Notes: generated by a model not told the origin, from the sequence alone. A stretch of 62,124 bases of DNA from Alphaproteobacteria bacterium (GCA_045565415.1 JBJLFK010000042.1:1-62124), one strand, 5' to 3'; shown: positions 31,182 to 41,251, counted from the stretch's first letter. Made by a program: numbers and translations.

Positions 31182-32423
31182 ATGAATAAATTTTTTCTAA
31201 ATTTTTTAATGCCTAAATTAATAATAATATATTTATTATTTCTACCAACTATTGTTTTTTCTCAAGATATACAAGCAATATCAGCAATAGTTAATGATGA
31301 AGTAATCTCGAGGTATGATGTCCAACAAAGGGTTCAATTAATTGTTTCAACTTCCGGAATAAAGCCCACAAAAGAAAATATATCTAGATTAGAAGTACAA
31401 GCCCTGCGTTCTCTAGTTAATGAAAAAATTCAACTACAGGAAGCAGAAAAGTTAGATGTTCCTTCTTCAGAGCAAGAAGTCGGTCTAATGTTAGAAAGAA
31501 TAGCTAATGGCAATCAAATGTCTGGAGATGAAATTCTTGAATTAATTAATTCTCAAGGAGTTAGGCCAGATACCCTTCTAAATCAAATAAGAGCAGAATT
31601 ATTATGGAATAAAATAGTAAGAGGAAGATATGGATCTTATGTTAATGTGAATGAGGATGAAATATCGATTGTTTATGACAGAACAATTGAAAGTATTGGA
31701 AAAGACCAATACGAGATATCTGAAATATTCTTAGGTTATGAGAATTCTTCTGAAGAAAGTGAAGCAGCTATACTTGCCAATAGGTTAGTTGAACAATTAA
31801 GATCAGGAGCTTCTTTTTCAGCTGTTGCGCAACAATTTAGCCAATCTTCAACTTCTGGACAAGGTGGCTATATTGGATGGGTGGCTGAAGGTCAATTAGA
31901 TCAAGAAATTATAAATATTGTTAGAAACTTAAATAAAGAAGGAATCTCAAATCCTATAAATTCTTCTGGAGGTTATTATATTATCCGCCTTAATGATATT
32001 ACTAAAGCTGGAGGAAAAAACCCATTAAGAAACCAGTATGACTTAATTTCAATCATCTTTAATAAAGACAATTCTGAAGATGCAAATAATTTTGCAAGGG
32101 AATTTATCTCTTGCAAAAGAATCGACACATTAACAGAAAAATATAATGAAAAAGAAGTTAATTATATTGGTAAGAGAATATTAAGTGACCTTCCAAACGA
32201 TTTACATGAAGAATTATTAAATAAAGACGCTGGTCAAACTCTTAATATAAGAGAAATTGGAGAAAACCTTAATTTAATTTTAATATGCGATAGAAAAGAT
32301 GATGTAGGTCTACAGATTTCAAGGGAAACAATAGAAGATAATATTTATTCACAGAAGATCGGCATGATGTCTAGGCGATATCTTAGAGACTTAAGACGAG
32401 ATGCAGTAATTGAGTATAGATAA
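31182..32423 (+). CDS. surA: Periplasmic chaperone / parvulin-type peptidyl-prolyl isomerase SurA
   Basis: It has a signal peptide (MNKFFLNFLMPKLIIIYLLFLPTIVFSQ), a SurA N-domain and a parvulin domain (GGYIGWV). I prefer the start at ATG 31182, just after the lptD stop. The track ORF extends upstream into lptD. Confidence 0.85.
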   Translation: MNKFFLNFLMPKLIIIYLLFLPTIVFSQDIQAISAIVNDEVISRYDVQQRVQLIVSTSGIKPTKENISRLEVQALRSLVNEKIQLQEAEKLDVPSSEQEVGLMLERIANGNQMSGDEILELINSQGVRPDTLLNQIRAELLWNKIVRGRYGSYVNVNEDEISIVYDRTIESIGKDQYEISEIFLGYENSSEESEAAILANRLVEQLRSGASFSAVAQQFSQSSTSGQGGYIGWVAEGQLDQEIINIVRNLNKEGISNPINSSGGYYIIRLNDITKAGGKNPLRNQYDLISIIFNKDNSEDANNFAREFISCKRIDTLTEKYNEKEVNYIGKRILSDLPNDLHEELLNKDAGQTLNIREIGENLNLILICDRKDDVGLQISRETIEDNIYSQKIGMMSRRYLRDLRRDAVIEYR

Positions 32424-33421
32424 TGCCATTAAATAAAGAACTTCCCATAGCAATATCAATGGGTGAACCTGGCGGAATTAATATTGAAATTATTTTAAAG
32501 TGTATCAAAAAAAAATTACCAGATTTTTTTCTTATTGCTGACCCAGATTGGGCTGCTAAATCTATAAAATCCTTAAATTATTTTACTAAAATTAATATTA
32601 TAGAAAGTATAGAACATTGTTCAAAAGGACATTTAAATATCTTACCAACAAAAAATAAAGTTAAGTTTGGTTTTAAAAAATCATATTATCAAAATGTCCC
32701 CGCTATTATTGAGTCATTAAATCTTTCTATTAAATTAGCTAAACAGAGAAAAGTAGCGGGTATTGTTACTCTTCCAGTTATGAAAAAAACATTAATAGTT
32801 AATGGTTTTAACTATCCTGGGCATACTGAATATCTTGGTAAAGCATCAAATAAAAGACCTTTAATGATAATGTTAAATAAAAAGCTAAAGGTTGCAACGG
32901 TTACAACTCACATACCTATTTCCCAAGTGCCAAAAAAAATTACAAAAAGCAATCTAGAAAAAACTATAAAGGTTTACATTGAATCCTTGAAATTAGATTT
33001 TGGATTAAGTGATCCAAAAATAGCAGTAAGTTCATTAAATCCTCATAGCGGTGAAGAAGGAAAAATTGGAAATGAAGAGATTAAAATTATTAAACCTACA
33101 ATTGATAAATTTATAAAACAGGGAAGTAAGATTAATGGGCCGAAATCGGCTGACACAATGTTTCATAAAGAAGCACTTAAAAACATTGATGCAAATTTAT
33201 GTATGTTTCATGATCAGGCTTTGATACCAATTAAATCTTCAGATTTTTATGGCTCAATTAATTTTACAGCAGGTCTTCCTTTTATAAGAACTTCTCCAGA
33301 TCATGGAACAGCTTTTGACATTGCAGGTGAAAATAAGGCAAATAGCACTAGCTTAGTTAATGCCATTAAATACATAAATTTGATTTATAATCAAAGAATG
33401 AAAAATGAAAAAAAAAAATGA
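32423..33421 (+). CDS. pdxA: 4-hydroxythreonine-4-phosphate dehydrogenase
   Basis: The motifs YPGHTEYLG, MFHDQALIP and SPDHGTAFDIAG are present. Length is 332 aa. Confidence 0.92.
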   Translation: MPLNKELPIAISMGEPGGINIEIILKCIKKKLPDFFLIADPDWAAKSIKSLNYFTKINIIESIEHCSKGHLNILPTKNKVKFGFKKSYYQNVPAIIESLNLSIKLAKQRKVAGIVTLPVMKKTLIVNGFNYPGHTEYLGKASNKRPLMIMLNKKLKVATVTTHIPISQVPKKITKSNLEKTIKVYIESLKLDFGLSDPKIAVSSLNPHSGEEGKIGNEEIKIIKPTIDKFIKQGSKINGPKSADTMFHKEALKNIDANLCMFHDQALIPIKSSDFYGSINFTAGLPFIRTSPDHGTAFDIAGENKANSTSLVNAIKYINLIYNQRMKNEKKK

Positions 33422-34259
33422 AAATTCATTAAGAGAAATTATAAAAGAATACAATATAAGACCTAAAAAGAAATTAGGACAAAATTTTCTTCATGATAAA
33501 AATATAATTTCATCAATAATTAATAGGGCTAATGTAAAAGATGAAGATATAATTGAAATTGGGCCAGGACCAGGAATTTTAACAGAGAGTATACTTAAAA
33601 ATAAAGCAAGATCACTTTTAGTTATAGAAAAAGATGATTCATTTGAAATAAATTTAAAAAAAATAAAAAACAATTACAAAGATAAGTTTGATTACTTAAT
33701 TAATGATGTAATTGATTTTGATTTTAAAACATTGATTAAAAAAGATTATAAATTTATCTCAAATTTGCCATATAATATTTCTGTCCCTTTTATTCTTAAA
33801 ATGATTAAAATTAGAAGAGTAATCCCCTGGAAAGAAATGATTTTAATGATTCAGAAAGAAGTTGCTGAAAGAATAACAGCAAATATAGGTACAAAAAATT
33901 ACGGACGATTATCTATAATGGTAAACCTAAACAATGATGTGAAAAAATTATTAAATGTGAAGCCTTCGTCATTTATCCCAAGACCTAAGGTTGACTCAAC
34001 AGTTATAAAAATTTCTCCTAAAAAAAAATACATAAATGTAAATAATGAAGTTTTTGAAAAAATTGTTAAAGTTTGTTTTAGCCAAAGAAGAAAAAAAGTG
34101 AAAAATAATTTAGATCAACTGAATATAAACACTATTTCATTGCTTGAATTATCAAATATTGATCCAAATATAAGAGCTGAAAACATTGATGTTGAAGGGT
34201 TTTTGAGAATTTCAAACAATTATGAAGAATTAATTAAAGAGAACCTCGAAGATTTTTGA
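33405..34259 (+). CDS. rsmA: 16S rRNA (adenine1518/1519-N6)-dimethyltransferase
   Basis: It has LGQNFL, the SAM-binding site EIGPGPGILT and NLPYNIS. The start overlaps the pdxA end by 17 nt. Confidence 0.93.
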   Translation: MKKKNENSLREIIKEYNIRPKKKLGQNFLHDKNIISSIINRANVKDEDIIEIGPGPGILTESILKNKARSLLVIEKDDSFEINLKKIKNNYKDKFDYLINDVIDFDFKTLIKKDYKFISNLPYNISVPFILKMIKIRRVIPWKEMILMIQKEVAERITANIGTKNYGRLSIMVNLNNDVKKLLNVKPSSFIPRPKVDSTVIKISPKKKYINVNNEVFEKIVKVCFSQRRKKVKNNLDQLNINTISLLELSNIDPNIRAENIDVEGFLRISNNYEELIKENLEDF

Positions 34260-34878
34260 CAATTTTTTGGGTTTTAATTTGCCGATGACTTTTTAATCTT
34301 TCAGCATTAAGAATACTTATAATATCTTCAATTGTTTTATTAAAATCGTCGTTAACTAAAATATAGTCATATTCTGCATAATGACTCATTTCATCTGATG
34401 CCCTAGACATTCTTTTTTGTATAATCTCATCCTCATCTTGTTTTCTTTCCTTCAGTCTTCTTTCTAATTCCTTTATAGATGGAGGTAATACAAAAACCTT
34501 AACAAGATGATCTTTTGAATTATTCATGAGTTGTTGTGTTCCTTGCCAGTCAATATCGAAAAGTATATCTCTACCTTTATCTAAAATCTTTTTGACCGGT
34601 TTTTTAGGAGTACCATAATAATAATCAAAAACTTTTGCATATTCCAAAAATTCATTTTGTTCCTGCATAAATGCAAAATCATCATTATTTACAAAAAAAT
34701 AATCTTCTCCATCAATTTCACCTGGTCTTGGCGGTCTTGTTGTATAAGATATTGATAGAAATAGCTCTTTATCCAATTCCAGAAGTTTTCTTGATAAAGA
34801 TGTTTTACCTGCACCCGAGGGTGAAGATAAAACAAACATTAAACCTTTTCGTGTTATTTCATTATCATTTATTTCCAT
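34234..34878 (-). CDS. gmk: Guanylate kinase
   Basis: The P-loop reads SSPSGAGKTSL, followed by TTRPPRPGE. Length is 214 aa. Confidence 0.93.
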   Translation of the reverse strand: MEINDNEITRKGLMFVLSSPSGAGKTSLSRKLLELDKELFLSISYTTRPPRPGEIDGEDYFFVNNDDFAFMQEQNEFLEYAKVFDYYYGTPKKPVKKILDKGRDILFDIDWQGTQQLMNNSKDHLVKVFVLPPSIKELERRLKERKQDEDEIIQKRMSRASDEMSHYAEYDYILVNDDFNKTIEDIISILNAERLKSHRQIKTQKIVKNLRGSL

Positions 34879-36152
34879 TAATTCTCATCATATCTTGAAA
34901 AAATAACAGATGCATTAGTTCCACCAAAACCAAAAGAATTTGACAGAACTACATCAACATTTTTTTCTTTGCTCATATGCGGTACAAGATCAAGTTTAGT
35001 GTCTATTGATAAATCATCAAGATTAATCGTTGCAGGTATAATATTATTTTTAATTGCCAAAATACTAAAGATTGCTTCAACTGCACCTGCAGCACCTAAT
35101 AAATGTCCAATTGAAGATTTAGTTGATGACATAGATATATTATCAAGATTAGCTTTGAAAGCTCTTTCTACTGCCTTTAATTCAATTTCGTCACCCTTTG
35201 GAGTTGATGTTCCATGTGCATTAATATAAGAAAACTCATCGACAGCATGATTTGAGTCTTCTATAGCCATTACCATTGATCTGTATGCGCCACCTCCATC
35301 ATCTGCGGGAGATGTAATATGATGAGCATCTCCAGAAACTCCATAACCCTTAAACTCTGCATAAATTTTAGCATTTCGTGAAAGCGCATGCTCTAAATCT
35401 TCTAAAACTAAAAAACCTGCCCCCTCACCCATCACAAATCCATCTCGAAGTCTGTCATAAGGTCTCGATGCTTTAGTAGGTTCATCATTGAAATTTGAAC
35501 TCAAAGCTTTACATGCTGCAAATCCAGCAATTCCTACTGGACAAATTGCTGACTCAGCACCGCCAACTATCATAACATCAGCTTTACCTCTTCTTATCAT
35601 CTCTGCGCCTTCACATATTGAATGCGTACCAGATGAACATGCAGTTACAGATGCTAAATTCGGGCCTTTAAAATTATTTCTAATGGATATTTGACCAGCA
35701 ACTAAATTTATTAGCGCACCAGGAATAAAAAATGGACTAACTCGCTTAGGTCCTTTTTCATTTAAAGTTATTGATGCCTTTTCAATACTGGGTAAACCTC
35801 CAACACCGGAACCTACGCCAACACCAATTTTATTTGGATCAAAGTTATGGTTTTTAAGTAATGAGTCCTCTAATGCCATCTCTGCGGCTGCAACACCAAA
35901 AATAATAAAATCATCAACTTTTCTGAGATCTTTTGATGAAAACCATTCAGTGGGATCAAATGAATTTTCTAATGAATCTTGATCATTTTTTATTGGTACT
36001 TCGCAAGAGACTTTTGTTTGAAAATCAGAAATATCAAATTTACTTATTAGATTTGCACCAGATTTATTTTTAATAAGATTCTTCCAGGTAGATTTGATAT
36101 CCCCGCCTAAAGGAGTTACAGCTCCTATTCCTGAAACTACTACTCTTCGCAA
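34878..36152 (-). CDS. fabF: 3-oxoacyl-ACP synthase II
   Basis: The Cys-His-His triad contexts are present: TACSSGTHSI, NAHGTSTP and GHLLGAAG. Length is 424 aa, and the gene lies downstream of acpP. Confidence 0.95.
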   Translation of the reverse strand: MRRVVVSGIGAVTPLGGDIKSTWKNLIKNKSGANLISKFDISDFQTKVSCEVPIKNDQDSLENSFDPTEWFSSKDLRKVDDFIIFGVAAAEMALEDSLLKNHNFDPNKIGVGVGSGVGGLPSIEKASITLNEKGPKRVSPFFIPGALINLVAGQISIRNNFKGPNLASVTACSSGTHSICEGAEMIRRGKADVMIVGGAESAICPVGIAGFAACKALSSNFNDEPTKASRPYDRLRDGFVMGEGAGFLVLEDLEHALSRNAKIYAEFKGYGVSGDAHHITSPADDGGGAYRSMVMAIEDSNHAVDEFSYINAHGTSTPKGDEIELKAVERAFKANLDNISMSSTKSSIGHLLGAAGAVEAIFSILAIKNNIIPATINLDDLSIDTKLDLVPHMSKEKNVDVVLSNSFGFGGTNASVIFSRYDEN

Positions 36153-36182
36153 CTTACAAGGCCCTTTAATTAAAAAGAATTA

Positions 36183-36416
36183 TTATGTGTTAGAATTTAT
36201 AAAATTTACTGCGTCACCGACTGTTTGAATGCTTTCAGCAGCGTCATCAGGTATTTCTATACCAAACTCTTCTTCAAAAGCCATTACTAGTTCTACAGTA
36301 TCAAGGCTATCAGCACCTAAATCATCAATAAAGCTAGCGGAATCGGTTACTTTATCTTTTTCTACGCCCAAATGCTCAACAACGATAGCTTGAACTTTTT
36401 CTAATGTATTACTCAT
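36183..36416 (-). CDS. acpP: Acyl carrier protein
   Basis: The phosphopantetheine attachment motif [13 protein letters not shown] is present. Length is 77 aa. Confidence 0.97.
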   Translation of the reverse strand: MSNTLEKVQAIVVEHLGVEKDKVTDSASFIDDLGADSLDTVELVMAFEEEFGIEIPDDAAESIQTVGDAVNFINSNT

Positions 36417-36504
36417 TTTACCCTCTTTTTTTATAATTAATAAACACAGTTAAATCAATTGTATGGGCTTTACCACATCACAAATAAATATTCAACCAGC
36501 ACAT

Positions 36505-37245
36505 TTAATTCGTATACAAACCGCCATTAATATGTATAGTTTGCCCAGTTATATAGCTTGATTCTTGACTGGCTAGAAAAATAATAGCAGAAGATAAATC
36601 TTTCGGTGTACCAATTCTATTCATAGGTATGGAATTAAGAATTGCATCTTTTCTTTTATCATCTAATTTTTCTGTCATGGGGGTTTCTATAAAGCCCGGG
36701 GCAATACAGTTAACTGTAATATTTCTTGTTGCTATTTCTTGAGACAAAGATTTTGTTAAACCAATTAATCCAGCCTTTGATGCTGAGTAGTTAACTTGGC
36801 CTGCACCACCTGTTACTCCAACAACTGATGAAATATTTATAATTCTTCCATATTTTCTCTTAACCATGCCTTTAGTAATTAATTTAAGAATAGTAAAGGT
36901 TGAATTAAGATTAACATTCAATACATCTTCCCATTCGTTTTCAGACATCCTAAGAAAAATATTATCTTTTGTTATTCCCGCATTATTTATAAGAATATCA
37001 ATATGGCCCAAAAACTCATCAGTTTTTTTAATAAGTTCAGTAATTTCATCTTTTTTACTCAAATCACAAGCAACTACATAGCATTTCTTACCAAGTGATT
37101 TTTTAAGCGCATTAAGCTCTTCAAGGTTTCTTCCTGATATGCAAACCTCAGCATTGTGTTCAATTAAAACTTTTGCTATCTCTTTACCAATACCACCACT
37201 TGCGCCAGTAATAAGTGCCTTTTTACCTTCTAAATCAAACAACAC
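36505..37245 (-). CDS. fabG: 3-oxoacyl-ACP reductase
   Basis: It is an SDR with TGASGGIG and NYSASKAG. It lies between fabD and acpP. Confidence 0.93.
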   Translation of the reverse strand: MLFDLEGKKALITGASGGIGKEIAKVLIEHNAEVCISGRNLEELNALKKSLGKKCYVVACDLSKKDEITELIKKTDEFLGHIDILINNAGITKDNIFLRMSENEWEDVLNVNLNSTFTILKLITKGMVKRKYGRIINISSVVGVTGGAGQVNYSASKAGLIGLTKSLSQEIATRNITVNCIAPGFIETPMTEKLDDKRKDAILNSIPMNRIGTPKDLSSAIIFLASQESSYITGQTIHINGGLYTN

Positions 37246-38179
37246 TAAAATCTCTCATAAAGTTTTCTAAACTTTTTTTACTATTCAAAGTAAATCTTTG
37301 CAAGTTAGGAGCACTTCTTTTAGCTAAATTAGTTAAAACATTCCCTGCGCCGACTTCAATTATTGAAGTAACCCCTAATTCTTTAAACTTTTCCATTGTT
37401 TCACGCCATCTAACAGTAGCTGTTACCTGATTAACTAAATTATTTTTAATTGTTTCGATATCTTCTGTAGCATCAACAGTAGTATTTTGTACAATTGGAA
37501 TAATCGGTTTATTTAGAACAATATTCATTAACTCATTTTTCATAATTTCTTTTGCATCATTCATAAGGTCACAATGAAATGGTGCGCTAACAGGCAATTC
37601 GATAGCTTTTTTAACTCCTTTTTCTTTCAAAAGTTTAATAATACCATTAACGGCATTTCTTTCACCGGAAATAACTATTTGACCAGGGGCATTATCATTT
37701 GCAACCTGGCAAACATTTTTTATTTCTGAAGAATTTATTGTTTTTCTAACTTCATCAATATCTAAACCTAAAATAGCTGCCATAGCCCCTTCTCCGCTTG
37801 GAAAAGAATTTTGCATTGCTTTTCCTCTTGATCTCAATAATTTTGCTGTATCAGTTAAAGAAAGCGCATTTAAAGCTGTAAGAGATGTATATTCACCTAA
37901 GGAGTGACCCGCTGAAATATTTGAAATTTTATCAACTGAGAACCCTCTTGAGTTTAAAATTTCTATAATTGCAATACCTATAGTCATAATCGCAGGTTGA
38001 GCATTTTCAGTTAAAATAAGCTCATCATCGGGCCCGTCAAAAATTAGTCTTGATAAGTTTTGATCCAAGGCATTATTTACCTCTTCAAAAATAACTTTTA
38101 TTTCTGGAAAGCTATCAAATAAGTCTTTTCCCATACCAACATATTGACTTCCTTGACCTGGAAAAACTAAAGAATTCAT
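37235..38179 (-). CDS. fabD: Malonyl-CoA-ACP transacylase
   Basis: It has FPGQGSQYVGMG and the active site GHSLGEY. I prefer the start at M20 (38179) of the track ORF 37235..38236. Confidence 0.92.
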   Translation of the reverse strand: MNSLVFPGQGSQYVGMGKDLFDSFPEIKVIFEEVNNALDQNLSRLIFDGPDDELILTENAQPAIMTIGIAIIEILNSRGFSVDKISNISAGHSLGEYTSLTALNALSLTDTAKLLRSRGKAMQNSFPSGEGAMAAILGLDIDEVRKTINSSEIKNVCQVANDNAPGQIVISGERNAVNGIIKLLKEKGVKKAIELPVSAPFHCDLMNDAKEIMKNELMNIVLNKPIIPIVQNTTVDATEDIETIKNNLVNQVTATVRWRETMEKFKELGVTSIIEVGAGNVLTNLAKRSAPNLQRFTLNSKKSLENFMRDFSVV

Positions 38180-38292
38180 AAGATTTTCTCCATAACTAAT
38201 AATTGAATAACATAGTTCGTTAATACAAGCTTGCAAATTTATCTTTAATACATTAATGAATGCTTTAAATTTACTTTTTTGTAAGAGGTATT

Positions 38293-38634
38293 ATGTCGTA
38301 TTACGAACATGTTTTTATAGCTAGACCAGAAGTTGCTCCACAACAGGTCGAAAATATAGTCGAGAATATCAAGAAAATTATTTCTGAGGATGGTGGAGAT
38401 ACCGTTTACACAGAATACTGGGGCTTAAAAAGGCTAGCCTATAAAATAAATAAAAGTGAAAAAGGGCATTATTCTTTGTTAAGAATTGATGGCAAAAGCT
38501 CAACAATTAATGAGATAGAAAGAATACAGAAACTTAATGAAGACATACTAAGGTTTATTACTATAAAAACTGAAGAAATCTCAAAAGAGCCATCTGTAAT
38601 GTTAAAATCATCCGAAAAAAAAGATGTTTACTAA
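38293..38634 (+). CDS. rpsF: 30S ribosomal protein S6
   Basis: The start MSYYEHVFIARPEV and ...WGLKRLAYKI are typical S6 sequences. It is the first gene of rpsF-rpsR-rplI. Confidence 0.95.
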   Translation: MSYYEHVFIARPEVAPQQVENIVENIKKIISEDGGDTVYTEYWGLKRLAYKINKSEKGHYSLLRIDGKSSTINEIERIQKLNEDILRFITIKTEEISKEPSVMLKSSEKKDVY

Positions 38635-38649
38635 TATAAGAGAATTAAA

Positions 38650-38910
38650 ATGAAAAACTTTTTACCCGACATAACGCAAATACCTATTAGAAGTCCTTTT
38701 TTGAAAAGAAAAAAATCTTGCCCTTTATCTGGGGAAAACTCACCTAAAATTGATTATAAAAATACTAAACTTCTTAAGAAATATCTTTCTGAAAGAGGAA
38801 AAATTATCCCAAGTAGAGTGACATCAGTATCAGCGAAGAAACAAAGAGAATTAGCACAGGCAGTCAAAAGAGCAAGATTCATGGCTCTTTTACCTTATAA
38901 AATGGATTAA
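38650..38910 (+). CDS. rpsR: 30S ribosomal protein S18
   Basis: The sequences [25 protein letters not shown] and [21 protein letters not shown] are typical S18. Confidence 0.95.
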   Translation: MKNFLPDITQIPIRSPFLKRKKSCPLSGENSPKIDYKNTKLLKKYLSERGKIIPSRVTSVSAKKQRELAQAVKRARFMALLPYKMD

Positions 38911-38912
38911 TT

Positions 38913-39599
38913 ATGGAAGTCATTTTACTTGAAAGAATAGAAAAACTTGGACAAATGGGTGATGTAGTTAAAGTCAAAGACGGCTTTGCAAGAAACTTTT
39001 TATTGCCACAAAAAAAGGCTTTAAGAGCTTCTGAAAATAATTTAGCCTATTTTGAAAAAGAGAGAGTTACATTAGAGGCAAATAACCTCAAACAGAAGCA
39101 AGAAGCTGAAGTTGTCCTAGAGAAATTAGATAATTTTAATCTAATTATAATTAGACAAGCTGGTGAAACGGGCCAATTATATGGGTCAGTTAATACAAAT
39201 GATATTAAAACTACTTTAGGTGAGAATGGTTTTATTGTTGAAAAAAATCAAATTACATTAGATAAACCTATTAAAGAGCTTGGTAAACATAATGTCTCAA
39301 TCAAATTACACCCTGAAGTTCAAGCAATAATTTCTGTAATTGTATCTCGAACTGACGCAGAAGCAGAAATACTTATAAAGGGTGATGAAATTAAAGTAGA
39401 AAATAATGAAATCTTAACTGAAGAAGATACAATTAATATCGAGGAAGTTTTTGAAGATGGAGCTGTACCAGAAAATATTGGAGAAGAAATAAAAGATGCT
39501 TCGGAAGAAGTTGAAGACGGAAAAGATGCTGAAGAAGTTAATAATGAAATTATTTCTGAAGCTAATAACTCTGAAGAAAAAGAAGAAGATATTTCTTAA
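38913..39599 (+). CDS. rplI: 50S ribosomal protein L9 with an acidic C-terminal extension
   Basis: MEVILLERIEKLGQMGDVVKVKDGFARNFLLPQKKA is canonical L9. About 80 extra Glu/Asp-rich residues follow the normal C-domain. Confidence 0.93.
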   Translation: MEVILLERIEKLGQMGDVVKVKDGFARNFLLPQKKALRASENNLAYFEKERVTLEANNLKQKQEAEVVLEKLDNFNLIIIRQAGETGQLYGSVNTNDIKTTLGENGFIVEKNQITLDKPIKELGKHNVSIKLHPEVQAIISVIVSRTDAEAEILIKGDEIKVENNEILTEEDTINIEEVFEDGAVPENIGEEIKDASEEVEDGKDAEEVNNEIISEANNSEEKEEDIS

Positions 39600-39665
39600 G
39601 AATATTATTAATTAAATTAACTATATATTTTAATCATTTAATTCATTTAACCCCGATATTCACAT

Positions 39666-39674
39666 TTATCCACA
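39666..39674 (+). promoter_or_regulatory. Perfect consensus DnaA box TTATCCACA, 45 nt upstream of the dnaB start
   Basis: This is an exact 9/9 match to the E. coli-type DnaA box. It lies in the 119-nt rplI-dnaB spacer and is followed by a T8 run. It is a single copy, so chance occurrence is plausible. Confidence 0.35.
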
Positions 39675-39718
39675 GTTTTTTTTCTTGGGTTATTTGCTTT
39701 TACTGATAAGTTAAACAA

Positions 39719-41251
39719 ATGAACACTTCAACTCCTTACCTTGTTAATGAAGACGAAAACTCTGAGGGTAATTCACTAGAGCTACCTCATAATATTGAAG
39801 CTGAACAACAGCTTTTAGGTGCGCTAATAAGAAATAATGATCTAATTGAAAAATGTAATAATACAAGACTAAATGGAGAACATTTTTACAATAAACTTCA
39901 TGGAGAGATTTATGAAAAAATAAACAAGTCTCTTTCAACTGGTAAAACTGCAAATATAATTTTTTTGAAAACTTTTTTCGAGAATGATGAGGAATTTGAC
40001 TCTGATCAATATTTTGAACAACTTGTTATAAATGCTGCACCGGGTCCTGCAATCGAACAATACTCATCATTAATTTATGATCTTGCCTTAAGGCGAGAAT
40101 TAATTAATACAGCAGAATTTCTTCAACACTCTTCATTCGATTTAAGCCAAGAAGACATAACAGCAAATGATATTATCGAAGAAACAGAAAGTAAATTATT
40201 TCAAATTGAAGTTTCTGGAGATGCTGAGCAAGGATTCGAGTCCTTTGAAAAAACTTTAACTGAGTCATTAACAACTATAGAATCCGCTTATCAATCATCA
40301 GGTGGTTTAGCTGGTTTATCAACAGGCTTTAAAGATCTAGATAAAGCTTTAGGCGGTCTACAAAAATCTGATCTAATTATTCTTGCTGGAAGGCCTGCTA
40401 TGGGAAAAACTTCATTAGCTACTAATATAGGATTTAATGTTGCAAAGAAATTTTCAGAAACTCTACAAAATGATGAAGTAAAAACAGATAAAAATGGAAA
40501 TATTATCTCTGATGGAAGCGTTGTAGCTTTTTTTTCTTTAGAAATGTCTGCCGAACAACTAACAACAAGAATTGCTGCAGAACAATCAGGTATAGAATCT
40601 AATGAATTAAGAAGGGGAAATATTAAGGAAGATCAATTTATGCATTATGCTAGAACAATAGCCGACTTAAAGTCTGTTCCTTTTTATATTGATCAAAGTG
40701 GTTCTATACCAATTGGAGTTTTAGCTACTAGAGCAAGAAGATTAGCAAGAACTTTAAAAACAACCAAGAATCAGGAGCTTGGATTAATTATTGTTGACTA
40801 TATTCAATTAGCAACAACATCTTCGGGAAAATATCGAGATAGTAGGGTTCAAGAAGTAGCAGAAATTACACAAGGCTTAAAAACCTTAGCAAAAGATCTT
40901 GATGTACCAATTATTGCTCTCTCTCAACTTTCAAGGCAGGTTGAATCTAGAGATGATAAAAGACCTTTATTATCTGATTTAAGAGAATCTGGTGCAATTG
41001 AACAAGATGCTGATATTGTGATGTTTGTATATAGAGATGAATATTACTTACAAAACAATCAACCTCCTCCAGGCACTGAACAGCATACTTCATGGTTAGC
41101 AAGAATGGATGAAGTTCATGGAAAAGCTGAAGTTCTAATAAGGAAACATAGACATGGACCAACATCAAATGTCCAATTACAATTTGAAGAAAGGCTAACA
41201 AAGTTTTCTGATCTTGCGAGAGAAAACTATTTACCCGAAAGATTTGAATAA
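39719..41251 (+). CDS. dnaB: Replicative DNA helicase DnaB
   Basis: It has LPHNIEAEQQLLGALI, Walker A GRPAMGKTS, IVDYIQL and LSQLSRQVE. Length is 510 aa. Confidence 0.95.
   Translation: MNTSTPYLVNEDENSEGNSLELPHNIEAEQQLLGALIRNNDLIEKCNNTRLNGEHFYNKLHGEIYEKINKSLSTGKTANIIFLKTFFENDEEFDSDQYFEQLVINAAPGPAIEQYSSLIYDLALRRELINTAEFLQHSSFDLSQEDITANDIIEETESKLFQIEVSGDAEQGFESFEKTLTESLTTIESAYQSSGGLAGLSTGFKDLDKALGGLQKSDLIILAGRPAMGKTSLATNIGFNVAKKFSETLQNDEVKTDKNGNIISDGSVVAFFSLEMSAEQLTTRIAAEQSGIESNELRRGNIKEDQFMHYARTIADLKSVPFYIDQSGSIPIGVLATRARRLARTLKTTKNQELGLIIVDYIQLATTSSGKYRDSRVQEVAEITQGLKTLAKDLDVPIIALSQLSRQVESRDDKRPLLSDLRESGAIEQDADIVMFVYRDEYYLQNNQPPPGTEQHTSWLARMDEVHGKAEVLIRKHRHGPTSNVQLQFEERLTKFSDLARENYLPERFE

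Noticed and set aside
39352-39599. The roughly 80-residue Glu/Asp-rich extension of ribosomal protein L9, considered as a possible fused or novel domain.
   Set aside because: It is low-complexity acidic sequence, continuous with rplI in the same frame, with no internal start or repeat unit. To my knowledge C-terminally extended L9 proteins occur in alphaproteobacteria, so it is probably lineage-typical.
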